The position numbers and the translations under genes were made by a program. DNA of 64,000 nt, from assembly GCA_965203095.1 (NCBI GenBank), contig OZ241877.1, forward strand, positions 1,152,001 to 1,216,000, written 5' to 3'. Positions 9,932 through 19,540 of this stretch are shown here, in pieces (position 1 is the stretch's first letter; each line of letters starts with the position of its first letter). This DNA comes from Bdellovibrionales bacterium (GTDB taxonomy: Bacteria; Bdellovibrionota; Bdellovibrionia; Bdellovibrionales; UBA1609). The notes below the pieces were generated by a model. The model did no database searches. It saw only the letters and a program-made list of their open reading frames with translations, and was not told where the DNA came from.

Positions 9932-10198
9932 CTATGAGGCTCCAAAGTATTCATCGAGCTTTTCTAAAAGAGTCCATCGCAACTGATCGATGTTGGCCAT
10001 TTCATCTTCATTATCTAATTCCTTATAAAGAATATCATCTCTCAAAATTTGAATTTTTTGTTTTAAATGGGGATCATTTTGAGTTTGAATAAAGCGATTA
10101 AGATAAAGCCCCACTTTTCGCTTAAAATCTCCAGTATTTGTCTCATAGAGAGCTTCAATTTGCCTCAGCAGGCTTTCTTTTATTTGTTTTTCCATCAA
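9932..10198 (-). CDS. Hypothetical helical protein
   Basis: 88-aa ORF overlapping the prpD stop by 4 nt. Confidence 0.6.
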   Translation of the reverse strand: MMEKQIKESLLRQIEALYETNTGDFKRKVGLYLNRFIQTQNDPHLKQKIQILRDDILYKELDNEDEMANIDQLRWTLLEKLDEYFGAS

Positions 10199-11691
10199 AA
10201 AATACCTTTACTTTTTGGATCTGTTGAAAGCCCTGCCTGAACATTCAACTGGCCAACTTCCTCCGGCGACAAACTCTCTAACCTTTGAACCAGATCTAAA
10301 AACCTTTCCATTTCCTGCCTCGCTACCACTCCTTCACTGAGGCTTAAAAATTTATGAATATAATCTTCCCGCTTAAAAGGCTTTGCTCCAAAAGGATGAG
10401 CGTCTGCCAATTTTTTCTCTGCTGAAATAAGCTCTCCACTTTTTAACTCAATTTGCACCTTTCCGCCAAAAGCTTTTTTTTGAGGATCAGGGTTTTTATA
10501 TAAATCTGTCCATAATTTGTCCTCACAAGTTTTTATTTTGTGCCAAAGCTGAACAGTGGAGGGCCGGCCAGCTCGCTCTTTTGTGTAAGAGTCTATATGA
10601 TGCCATCTTCCATCTTCTAAAGCCACAGCAAAAATATAGGGTAAACTGTGATCTAAAGTCTCTCTACTCGCTTGAGGATCCATTTTTTGCGGATCTCCAG
10701 ATCCTGTCCCTATTACAAAATGTGTGTGATGAGATGTAAAAATAGTTATGTTTTTAATAAGAGAAAGATCTTTTATTTTTGGCCCCAGTTCAAAAGCCAA
10801 ATCAATAAAAGCCTGAGCCTGATACTCCGCTGAGTGGGCTTTGGTGTAAGATTCTAAAATGCTGGTTTTTTCCTCCCCTTTTTGGACAAGTGGGATTTCA
10901 TAAAGTGCCCCCGGCCCTTTGAGCATATAGGCCACAACGGAGTCCTCTCCCTCATAAATAGGAGAAGGAGAATTTTCCCCTCTAAGGGCACGATCCATAG
11001 CCTCAATGGCCATTTTTCCGGCAAAGGCCGGAGCATAAGCTTTCCAGCTGGAAATTGCCCCTTTGCGGGATTGGCGCGTGGTGAAAGAGACATGAACCGC
11101 CTGCTGAATAGCCTGATAAACTCGCTCTATATCCCTATCCAGTAAAGCTCCTATTCCGGCAGTTTGTGCTGGGCAAAGATGGGCAATATGATCTATTTTA
11201 TGTTGATGAAGGCATATCCCTTTAACCAAACTGATATGAATCTCATAAGCTGATAAAATACCTTTTAAAAGATCCAATCCGTTTTTTCCTGCCTGTTGGG
11301 CCACAGCCAGCAAAGGGGGAATATTGTCCGCAGGATGAGAGTAATCTTCAGCTAAATAAGTGTCGTGAAAATCCAGTTCTCTTACAGCTACACCATTGGC
11401 CCAAGCCCCCCACTCTGCAGAAAAGCGATATTTATTGGGAAGGCCAAACAGGGTAGAACCTTTTGAAAGAGGCTGTGCTAAAGCCTGATCTCTGGCACAG
11501 GCCACTGGCTGGCGGTTGAGGCTGGCCATAGCCACAGCTGAATTGTCAATAATGCGGTTGATGACCATATCCCTAACTGATGAAGATATAGGGGCGGGAT
11601 CTAAAGCCACTTCTGCCAACCTCCAAGCCAACTCCTGCTCTTTTTTTAATGGAACTTTGGAAGGATAAACCTTAAGAATATGTGTTCTCAT
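10195..11691 (-). CDS. prpD: 2-methylcitrate dehydratase, MmgE/PrpD family
   Basis: VRELDFHDTYLAEDYSHPADN, HKIDH, RQSRKGAISSWK, TLDHSLPY. Confidence 0.93.
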   Translation of the reverse strand: MRTHILKVYPSKVPLKKEQELAWRLAEVALDPAPISSSVRDMVINRIIDNSAVAMASLNRQPVACARDQALAQPLSKGSTLFGLPNKYRFSAEWGAWANGVAVRELDFHDTYLAEDYSHPADNIPPLLAVAQQAGKNGLDLLKGILSAYEIHISLVKGICLHQHKIDHIAHLCPAQTAGIGALLDRDIERVYQAIQQAVHVSFTTRQSRKGAISSWKAYAPAFAGKMAIEAMDRALRGENSPSPIYEGEDSVVAYMLKGPGALYEIPLVQKGEEKTSILESYTKAHSAEYQAQAFIDLAFELGPKIKDLSLIKNITIFTSHHTHFVIGTGSGDPQKMDPQASRETLDHSLPYIFAVALEDGRWHHIDSYTKERAGRPSTVQLWHKIKTCEDKLWTDLYKNPDPQKKAFGGKVQIELKSGELISAEKKLADAHPFGAKPFKREDYIHKFLSLSEGVVARQEMERFLDLVQRLESLSPEEVGQLNVQAGLSTDPKSKGIF

Positions 11692-11738
11692 ATATATTCT
11701 CCGGGCAGAGACTTAATATTTTTGCTGAGGATATATAT

Positions 11739-12551
11739 TTAAGCCGCCACCAGCTCCTCTCTATCTATTTTGCTCATAAGCTTTTGCTTTAACCTTTCTA
11801 TAGCTTGAACATGGAGTTGGGAAACGCGACTTTCTGTCACTTTCAAAATCTGCCCTATCTTTCTCAAATTGCACTCTTCGTAATAATAAAGTGATAAAAC
11901 AATCCTTTGCCTTTCTGGCAACTCTCTAATTGTATCAAGAATAACTTTATGGACCGATTTCCTGTTCAATTTGCTGTATGAGGAATCCACTCCCTCTAAC
12001 ATTCTTAAAACCATACCTTTGTCCACATGGTTAAGGATTGAGCTTTCATCTATAGAGACCATACTCACTTCACGGGTTTGATGTAATAAATTGTGATAGT
12101 CCTCTAAGCTCACTTTTAGGGCTGAGGCAATTTCTTTTTCTTCAGGAGAGCGGGAAAATTTTTGTTCTAAATTTTTGGCCACCTTGTTAATTTTTTTGGC
12201 TTTGTCTCTTACAGAGCGAGGGGTCCAATCTTCCGATCTTAAGGTGTCCAAAATAGCTCCACGGACACGAAACTCCGCATAAGTTTTAAACTTATTATTC
12301 CGCCTGGGATCATATTTTTGGATAGCATCCATTAAACCAATCACTCCGCTGGAAACCAAATCACTGCATTGGATATGAGCCGGCAAACGGGAAGATATCC
12401 TCCTGGCGATATATTGAATCATAGGGAGATACCTTTCAATAATCGCATTTCTGTCCTTAACACTCAAGTTTTTTTGTAGAATCATCTTTTCCTCCCTTTT
12501 TCCAAGGAAGTCAATTAGACTTGAAGATTTCTTTCTTTTAGATTGTGCCAT
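11739..12551 (-). CDS. fliA: RNA polymerase sigma-28 factor FliA/WhiG
   Basis: DLVSSGVIGLMDA, FKTYAEFRVRGAILD.LR..DW.PRSVR, VTESRVSQLH. Confidence 0.96.
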   Translation of the reverse strand: MAQSKRKKSSSLIDFLGKREEKMILQKNLSVKDRNAIIERYLPMIQYIARRISSRLPAHIQCSDLVSSGVIGLMDAIQKYDPRRNNKFKTYAEFRVRGAILDTLRSEDWTPRSVRDKAKKINKVAKNLEQKFSRSPEEKEIASALKVSLEDYHNLLHQTREVSMVSIDESSILNHVDKGMVLRMLEGVDSSYSKLNRKSVHKVILDTIRELPERQRIVLSLYYYEECNLRKIGQILKVTESRVSQLHVQAIERLKQKLMSKIDREELVAA

Positions 12552-12565
12552 GTTTCCTCCTTTTT

Positions 12566-13069
12566 TTAGTTCAACACTTCAGTTTGAATCTGAACCCCAC
12601 GAACAAGGCTCTGATTTACAAAAGCATTAAGTTGCGATTGGATTTGCTCTTCAAAATAATCTTTTTTCTTTTTAAGAAATTGAGTGGACTGACCGGACAA
12701 AATAAACAAAAGATGTTTTTTAATCTGATTATCAGAGGATAAAAAATCTTTTTCCAAAGAGTGAGCATTAAAACTGATGGAAACCTGAACTCTGGCCAAC
12801 TGTGGGCCTTCTCTCCCTTTTAAATTGACTAAAAGAGGAAACACATGTGTTGCCTTTGTATCCGCCTTAATGGGTTTTTTAGAAAAGATCCAAATGCTTT
12901 TATTTGAATAAAAAAACGGAACAGCCCTTAAAACTAAAAAGCTAAAAAAAGCTAAAAAAGAGCTAAAGGCCAGAATTTTTTTTATAGATTTTGCTGTTAA
13001 AAGCTCTTTCCTTTTAGGTTTAGAAAAGGGATCTTGATTTTGAAATTTAAATTTTGTTTTTTTAACCAT
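12566..13069 (-). CDS. fliL: FliL family protein
   Basis: N-terminal TM helix, P.LVNL.G, LFILSG, I...LN.FV..V patterns of FliL; divergent. Confidence 0.75.
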   Translation of the reverse strand: MVKKTKFKFQNQDPFSKPKRKELLTAKSIKKILAFSSFLAFFSFLVLRAVPFFYSNKSIWIFSKKPIKADTKATHVFPLLVNLKGREGPQLARVQVSISFNAHSLEKDFLSSDNQIKKHLLFILSGQSTQFLKKKKDYFEEQIQSQLNAFVNQSLVRGVQIQTEVLN

Positions 13070-13260
13070 GCTGACCTTATGACATACAAAAAGGATTCCT
13101 ATCCCGACTTTAGTAGGGGCTACATAGTCAAAGCTTAATTTTAAAAGCTTTTAGATTTATGAGAATGACATGCAGAGGAAGAAACTGTCAAAAAACACAC
13201 ACTATGAGCTACTTGTAGACAATTTATTGGCAGTTCAAGAGTCTCTTACTTTGTCTCTCA

Positions 13261-13428
13261 ACTTCCTGCTTTTTCAGAGACAAGCTTACAGAAAATTATC
13301 TTTTTAACTACTTTTATCCAAAGGCCACACCATGAGGGTTCAAGGTATTGCCGTCCCGAAATGGGGTGGCCTTTGGATAAAGAAATTAAAGAATAATGTT
13401 TTTTAGCAAGATTTTTCACACAGGACTA
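13261..13428. repeat. Repeat family A, copy 3 (core inverted relative to copy 2; left end unclear)
   Basis: CCATGAGGGTTCAAGGTATTGCCGTCCCGAAAT is the reverse complement of the copy-2 core with 1 mismatch; right end TTTTTCACACAGGACTA. Confidence 0.8.
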
Positions 13429-13473
13429 TTGGTGACAGGAAGTTTTTTAACAAGCTTTATAGGTTTTAAAAAT

Positions 13474-14181
13474 TTAAGCAGAGAAACTTAAAGTGGTAGA
13501 GGAATTTTTAATCCAGTAGTTTTGCCATCGGTGCTTTAATCTCAAAGCCTTTTGATTGTGCGGTTCTATATCCAAAGAGCGATTGAGGCAAGCTAAAGCT
13601 AAATCTTCATCTCCAAGGGCCTTTCTTACCAAAGCTAAACCCTGCCAAGCTTTAGCATAGCGAGGTTGAGACTGCACTACTTTTTGAAATCCTTTTTCAG
13701 CAGATTTATACTTCTTTTCCTTTAAATGCAAAATGGCACGGTGAAAAATAAGGCTAAAACAAGAGGGATTTAATGTGCCCGCTTTGTTATAATATTCCTC
13801 TGCCATAGCAAAATTATTTTTCAATAAACCAATTTCCCCTAAGGCTTTATAAATTATAAATAACAAAGGGCAAGGTTCAGAGATCTGATACAGGGCGGAC
13901 AAATAATGCTTTTCAGCCGGGTCCAAAAGAGATCGCTCCAAAAAGGATTTAGCTAAGCCCACCTGATCTAAAACCTTATCTCTTCTCTTTAAAAGATGGG
14001 AAAAAATATTTTCTGCCAATTCCCATTTTTTGTTTTCCAAAGCTAAACAGCCGGCCCATTCCAAAAGGCGAACAGGTGCCTCTTTATTTTTTGCTAACTG
14101 AGATAAAAAATCAGCCGATTTCTCTAATCTGATCGGAGTTCGGTTTTCTGAATAATGTTCCATACCCATTACACATAGCAA
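13474..14181 (-). CDS. Tetratricopeptide repeat protein
   Basis: Several TPR units (A..YY.KA..LNP; AW.GLA; A..CL.RSL.IEP). Confidence 0.85.
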   Translation of the reverse strand: MLCVMGMEHYSENRTPIRLEKSADFLSQLAKNKEAPVRLLEWAGCLALENKKWELAENIFSHLLKRRDKVLDQVGLAKSFLERSLLDPAEKHYLSALYQISEPCPLLFIIYKALGEIGLLKNNFAMAEEYYNKAGTLNPSCFSLIFHRAILHLKEKKYKSAEKGFQKVVQSQPRYAKAWQGLALVRKALGDEDLALACLNRSLDIEPHNQKALRLKHRWQNYWIKNSSTTLSFSA

Positions 14182-14281
14182 ATTTCATTCCCTACTGGAC
14201 AAAAGCCGGGTGTAAATTTAACAAAAAAATGGTTTATGGTGCTCAATAAGGGCAATAGTAGGTTTTGGTTTTTAAAAAAAA

Positions 14282-14641
14282 TTAAGAGGCAATGGCCGGC
14301 AATTCTTTCTTTTTGATCTGATCCACTAAGGAGATAATAGTCAGATCCTGATCCAAAATGGACAGGACCATTTTCCTTTTAAGTTCCAACATGTCTGCTA
14401 ATTTCTTTTTCTCTCGTGCATTCACTGTCACCTTTTTATCCCATTCGTTTTGGGATATCTTCTTATCTAATTTGTTGATGGCATTCAGCAAAAGCTCACG
14501 GGAATAATAAAAATTTTCCAAATTATCTATGCAACCTTCAGATAATCGACTCAATTCATCCATATTGAGTTTGTGAAACTCCAACAGATAAGAATTTTTT
14601 TGCTCCAACACTTCAAACAGCGAAAAAACTTCTTTATGCAT
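14282..14641 (-). CDS. Hypothetical all-helical protein, possibly FlgN/FliT-like chaperone
   Basis: Strong RBS GGAGGAGGG; 119-aa coiled-coil pattern; located near fliL/fliA. Confidence 0.5.
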   Translation of the reverse strand: MHKEVFSLFEVLEQKNSYLLEFHKLNMDELSRLSEGCIDNLENFYYSRELLLNAINKLDKKISQNEWDKKVTVNAREKKKLADMLELKRKMVLSILDQDLTIISLVDQIKKKELPAIAS

Positions 14642-14819
14642 AGCCCTCCCTCCCTTTTTGATTTGCTCCCTGATTATGACACAAAATAATAAAAAATATC
14701 ATGTCAATAATTTATCCTTGTCTATAGGCGGGAGTGAAAAAAAGCCCTTATTTTGCGGGAATTTTGAAAAGTGTCAATTTTTTGATAGGTTTTTGGTCTT
14801 AATTTTTTTTAAAAAAAAT

Positions 14820-16415
14820 TCATAAACTGTCCCAAATTGAGACATATTTGCCAAAACAGGCCTTTGTGTCCTCTTTTTCTGGCTGAATCTCCACCAGGCA
14901 GTAAGGCACATCGGGCCATTGAAAAGCCTCTGATTTCTTATAGAACCTATAATTTAAACCCCACATTTTAGCCAAAGAGGAAAAAGTGAGACTGTGAGAA
15001 TTTAAAAAAGCCGGGTTTTTAAATATTCGGGAAAATATTTGCCCACCAAAATTGTTAATCACAATAAGGGTCCAAGGGGGAAGATCTTTAGATCTCCAAA
15101 AACCCGGCATATCATAAAGCAAACTCAAATCCCCTAAGATTCCCACATTATTTGCCTTAGAGCTGACTCCTCCTAAAAAATGAGAAATTAAACCTTCAAT
15201 GCCGCTCCCCCCCGTCTGATTAGTGATGGACAAATTCTTTTTCTCACAAAAGGCTATCCGATCCCATAAACGAATAGGCAAGCTGTTCCCTAAAAAAACT
15301 TTTGAATTTTCTCTTAAAGATTTTTTTAAAGTCCAAAACCAAAACTCCTCACTTTGAGGGTGCTCTTTAAGAATGAGTTTCCATCTTTTCACCTGATGAC
15401 GATCTTTCTCCCAAACAGATTCTCCAAAATTTTTTAAAGAGGAGAGGAAAGGTTTGAGCCTATCTAAAACCTCTGTTAGAGGGGCATTAAAAGATGGACG
15501 GGAAAGCCCAGCATAAAAAGGAGGAGAGGAAAGACTGAGCACAGGGAGTTGGTTTTTCTCTAAATCTCTCCAAAACCGGACACGAGGGATTCCGCCTAAG
15601 CGAATCACTCCATCTATAGCTTTTGTCTTCAGGGCATAGTCAAGTATCTTTTCCCCTGAAATAAGCCCCGGCATATCTATTAAACCAGAGAGAGGCTCAG
15701 TGTAAAACAAGCCTTTATGCCTGGACAAAAGAGCTTTCACAAGAGGTTTTTCTTGTGGTTTGAGTTCTCCTATTAAAAACAAAGGCTTTTTGCATTGCTG
15801 AAAAAACCTTTTTATCTCTTTATTGAAATTGACTTGCTCACTCTCCACATGCTGTTTTTGCTTTTTCCTCTCTGAGTTTTTTTTTGAAGAGTTAAAATAT
15901 TTTGAAAAATCAACAGAGGGAACCGTTTGATCAATTAAAGGCTCGTCAAAACATATATTGAGATGGAGGCTCCCTTTTGAAGCTGTCCAACCTGACAAAT
16001 CCACATCTTTTAAATTTAAAATATTTTTAGCACTTTGACAGTAATCTTTTAAAATATGAACAGCACTTTTTAAAGTTTGTGGAGCACCTTGTTGGCCTTG
16101 CTCTAAAGGACGGTCAGCTGTAATAAAAACTAAAGTCTGGCCACTATAGTGCGACTCAATAGCCGATGGTAACAGCTCTGCCACCGCTGTTCCCGAAGTG
16201 GTTAAAATAGCTACGGGCCTATTGTCCCTCTCTGCTCGTCCTAAGGCAAAAAAACTGGCAGATCGCTCCTCAAAAAAAGACAAAACATCTAAACCTTTTG
16301 AACGGGATAAAACTTCCACAAAAGGGGCCAGCCTCCCTCCCGGGCAAAGGCAAAAAGAGCGAACACCCTGGCAGACTAACTCTTTTATTGTTTTTTTTGC
16401 TATTTCAATATTCAT
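14820..16415 (-). CDS. menD: SEPHCHC synthase MenD
   Basis: CPGGR.AP, EERSASFFALG, TTSGTAVAELLP, GNSLPIR, GDLSLLYD, INNFGGQIF. Confidence 0.93.
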   Translation of the reverse strand: MNIEIAKKTIKELVCQGVRSFCLCPGGRLAPFVEVLSRSKGLDVLSFFEERSASFFALGRAERDNRPVAILTTSGTAVAELLPSAIESHYSGQTLVFITADRPLEQGQQGAPQTLKSAVHILKDYCQSAKNILNLKDVDLSGWTASKGSLHLNICFDEPLIDQTVPSVDFSKYFNSSKKNSERKKQKQHVESEQVNFNKEIKRFFQQCKKPLFLIGELKPQEKPLVKALLSRHKGLFYTEPLSGLIDMPGLISGEKILDYALKTKAIDGVIRLGGIPRVRFWRDLEKNQLPVLSLSSPPFYAGLSRPSFNAPLTEVLDRLKPFLSSLKNFGESVWEKDRHQVKRWKLILKEHPQSEEFWFWTLKKSLRENSKVFLGNSLPIRLWDRIAFCEKKNLSITNQTGGSGIEGLISHFLGGVSSKANNVGILGDLSLLYDMPGFWRSKDLPPWTLIVINNFGGQIFSRIFKNPAFLNSHSLTFSSLAKMWGLNYRFYKKSEAFQWPDVPYCLVEIQPEKEDTKACFGKYVSIWDSL

Positions 16416-16432
16416 AAGATCCTTTTTTTAAA

Positions 16433-17593
16433 TCAGGAGCATTCTAAAAAAAATCGGGTTTGTTGTCTCTTTAAAAAAAGCTCCTGCCACTCTTTTTGTA
16501 AAAGGCTCTCTTTAACCCAGCCCCCTCCAGAGCTGATCTCAGCTTGACCAGAGTCCCACTCCAAAGCCCTTAAAGCCACAAGGCAAAAGGACTCCCTTTG
16601 AGAATGAAAAAAACCCAAAGGGGCACCAAAATATTTCCTTTGTCTTTGAGAGGGCTGGCTTTTTAACCAAGCCAAAGCTGATTTTTTAGGATAGCCCCCC
16701 AAAGCGGCTGTGGGATGAAGTTTTTGGCATATTCTCTCAAAATCAAATTCTTGAATTAAACGGCCAGACATATCCGCCCGCAAATGTTTAAGAGGGGGAA
16801 AGGGATACTCATACACTTTATGTTGAACCCATTGGATTTCGCCTTTTAAAGATTTTTTTAAACCTTGAACAACATAATCATGCTCTTTTAATTCTTTTTT
16901 GTCCCTTAAAAGAGGGGCCCCGGGATGAGGCCCTGTTCCAGCCAAAGCCATTGTTAAAAACCGATCCCCTTGGGCAGAAAAAAGAATCTCCGGTGTTAAA
17001 CCCAAAATGCCTGACTGTTGACTCCAAACTCCATAAAGCCAACCCTGCTTTAATAAAACAGATTTTTTGAAAAGATTTTGAATCAGTAAAAACCTATCTG
17101 GCACTTTAGAAAAGCACTCGGCAAACATCGGAACTGTTTTTTGAAATAGACCTCTTTCAATAGCTTGCTGAGCTTGATAAAAAAGCTGTTGGTATTGAAT
17201 AAAAGAAGGTCTCTTAGAACTTGTAAAATGGTTTTTTAAATGATCTGTCTCTTGCACAGGTAAAAAGGTTTCAGCTTTTTTTCTCTCACTCGAAAAAAGT
17301 TTTGTTTTAAACAAAGAGGAGTTTGAAATAGAACTTCCCCTCTTTTTATGAGAAGAATTTTTTTTATCAAACAGGAAATGGGCCAGTTCTTTTTTGCTCA
17401 GCTGAGCTACAAAACGAGCTTTTATCCAAGGCTTTTCACTTTTAAGAAAAAAATCAGGATGATACAAAGTTTTATCTGAAGGCTTTGGCTCAAAGCAAAA
17501 AGGCCCTTGGCCTACCCAATACTCTTGGTTAAGCCCCTGCAAGACAAATCCCTCTTTTAGCCAAAGCTCCTTATTTAATTTGAGATTCATCAC
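16433..17593 (-). CDS. menF: Isochorismate synthase (chorismate-binding family)
   Basis: GLTPE, MALAGT, KELKEH, LHPTAALGGYP, C.VALR; directly upstream of menD. Confidence 0.88.
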   Translation of the reverse strand: MMNLKLNKELWLKEGFVLQGLNQEYWVGQGPFCFEPKPSDKTLYHPDFFLKSEKPWIKARFVAQLSKKELAHFLFDKKNSSHKKRGSSISNSSLFKTKLFSSERKKAETFLPVQETDHLKNHFTSSKRPSFIQYQQLFYQAQQAIERGLFQKTVPMFAECFSKVPDRFLLIQNLFKKSVLLKQGWLYGVWSQQSGILGLTPEILFSAQGDRFLTMALAGTGPHPGAPLLRDKKELKEHDYVVQGLKKSLKGEIQWVQHKVYEYPFPPLKHLRADMSGRLIQEFDFERICQKLHPTAALGGYPKKSALAWLKSQPSQRQRKYFGAPLGFFHSQRESFCLVALRALEWDSGQAEISSGGGWVKESLLQKEWQELFLKRQQTRFFLECS

Positions 17594-17684
17594 TTTTTGC
17601 CCTAAAGTTCAGCTTGAATATTCCCACCTAACTCGTATAGAATAAGCCCGACTTGAGCGAACAGCAAGAATTTTAAACTATTAA

Positions 17685-17761
17685 GGTGGCGTAGCTCAAC
17701 TGGATAGAGCAGCGGCCTTCTAAGCCGCAGGTTGCAGGTTCGAGTCCTGCCGCCATCGCCA
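17685..17761 (+). tRNA. tRNA-Arg (anticodon UCU)
   Basis: Full cloverleaf: acceptor GGTGGCG/CGCCATC, D arm GCTC/GAGC, anticodon arm GCGGC-CTTCTAA-GCCGC, T arm GCAGG-TTCGAGT-CCTGC, encoded CCA. Confidence 0.98.
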
Positions 17762-17782
17762 TTATAATGAAAATCCCTCAAA

Positions 17783-17856
17783 TATACTGATCACAGCTGA
17801 AGTTTCCGGTCAAAACAGAGTCCAGAAAGCAAGAATTTTCAAACCCAATCGATATA
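17783..17856. mobile_element. 74-bp MITE-like repeat family B, copy 1
   Basis: TATACTGATCACAG...CGGTCAAAACAGAGT...AATCGATATA; colinear and same length as 20993-21066. Confidence 0.75.
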
Positions 17857-17862
17857 CCTATT

Positions 17863-18333
17863 TTATTCAGAAGGCTTAGCTCGTATAAGCAAAGGTTCTG
17901 AAAAACTTAAAAAGCTATCTGTGACTCGAAAATTTTCAACCAACCACAGCCCCGGCTTTTCAGCAGATTCTTTTAATAAAGCTGTTCCCTCTGCTAATAA
18001 CTCTCCTCCTGCTGGCCCTTCTGTTTTTAAAGAGTAATTAAAAAATATCTCCACCTCTTGCGACTGAGTATCCCCTTTTGTCCAAACTTTGTGAAAGGTA
18101 ATGCTCGTCACTTCAGGATGTTTTTTTATTACAAAGTCAGACAACAGAGTTTGAAACTGGTTTTGAAGGAGGCTATGGGCTTGTTCCTCTTCACTGTCTA
18201 AAGAAGGCCGAGAAAGGTAAAGCCATGAAACACATAAAAGCAAAAGAAATCCTGCTATAGCCCAAAAAGAACCAGAAAAAATATTTTCCTGCACTTTGTG
18301 AGTTAAATTTTTAAAACTATCTTTTGAAATCAT
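17863..18333 (-). CDS. Hypothetical bitopic membrane protein
   Basis: One TM helix followed by a soluble domain; RBS AGAGGTG before ATG 18333. Confidence 0.7.
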   Translation of the reverse strand: MISKDSFKNLTHKVQENIFSGSFWAIAGFLLLLCVSWLYLSRPSLDSEEEQAHSLLQNQFQTLLSDFVIKKHPEVTSITFHKVWTKGDTQSQEVEIFFNYSLKTEGPAGGELLAEGTALLKESAEKPGLWLVENFRVTDSFLSFSEPLLIRAKPSE

Positions 18334-18410
18334 GTTCTCACCTCTATTGTATGTTTTCACTAAGGGACACTGCCCTTAAAATGTTTCAAAACCTAAAAAA
18401 CCAAAGCTCC

Positions 18411-19388
18411 TCAAGGGGCTGGAGCCACTATTTGTGCGATGGATCCAAAAAGGCTATGGCCCTTTTTATCCAGCATTTTTATCTCTATATGATCCCCTGC
18501 TTTCATAAAAGCCTGTTGGGGATGACCTGTTTGTATTTTTTCCAATGTTCTTTTTTCCACAAGGCAACTGCTCCCTTTTGCAGGATCTTTGTTGGAGACG
18601 GTGCCACTGCCAATAATAGTTCCTGCTATAAGGGATCGGGTGGTGGCACAGTGGGCAATAATTTCCCCAAAATGAAAATGCATTTCCCCCGCAGAGGCTT
18701 TGCCAAAAAAAGCTCCGTTAAAATTTACAAGCAAAGGCAAATGTATCCGCCCTTCTTTCCAACTGTCTCCTAATTCCTCTCTTGTGATGGCAAAAGGGGC
18801 AAAAGCAGAAGAGGGTTTACTTTGTAAAAAACCAAAACCTCTTTTTAGTTCCTCCACAGCCAAAGCTCTTAAAGAGACATCGTTAATCAAAACAAATAAG
18901 ATAATATGATCTAAAGCCTTTTTTGCACTAATACCCATGGGGACATCATTCACTATAACCCCGACCTCCCCTTCAAAATCAGTCCCGTCAGAAATATCCC
19001 TTTGAGGAATATCTTCTGTAGGAGCTAAAAAACTGTCTCCCGCTCCTTGGTATACCAAAGGAATTGTTGTGAGAGTTTCCGGAAGTTCTGCTTTTCTGGA
19101 TTTTCGAACCAGTTTGATATGCTGGATAAAAGTGGAACCGTCAATCCACTGAAAAGAGCGAGGGAGTGGAGATAAAAAATCCCTTTCTTTAAGGCTTTGA
19201 GAATGTGCCGTCCCTTCATTTAAGCTTTTATAAAGACTTTCCAAGCGGGGTTGGACTTCCTTCCAGTTTTCTACAGCTGTTCTTAAATTAGGAGCAATAG
19301 AATCAGCTAAAGTCAGCCTTTTATTGTCTTTTGAAACAATAACTAGTTTCCCATCTCTTGAGGAGGACTTAATGGTTCCTAATTTCAT
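18411..19388 (-). CDS. Fumarylacetoacetate hydrolase family protein
   Basis: YQGAGD, DFEGEV, NDVSLR, GFLQSKP, IIGSGTVSN. Confidence 0.93.
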   Translation of the reverse strand: MKLGTIKSSSRDGKLVIVSKDNKRLTLADSIAPNLRTAVENWKEVQPRLESLYKSLNEGTAHSQSLKERDFLSPLPRSFQWIDGSTFIQHIKLVRKSRKAELPETLTTIPLVYQGAGDSFLAPTEDIPQRDISDGTDFEGEVGVIVNDVPMGISAKKALDHIILFVLINDVSLRALAVEELKRGFGFLQSKPSSAFAPFAITREELGDSWKEGRIHLPLLVNFNGAFFGKASAGEMHFHFGEIIAHCATTRSLIAGTIIGSGTVSNKDPAKGSSCLVEKRTLEKIQTGHPQQAFMKAGDHIEIKMLDKKGHSLFGSIAQIVAPAP

Positions 19389-19540
19389 TAAAATAAAACC
19401 TATTTCAAATTAAGAGACAGCTGGACTGTTATATTCCATCAATTTTATCGGTTTTACCGTTGTAGTAAAATCTGATCCAGCTTATCATCCATATTGTCGA
19501 TCTTGTTGTTAATTGTCCAATAGTTCAATTCACTAAAAAG

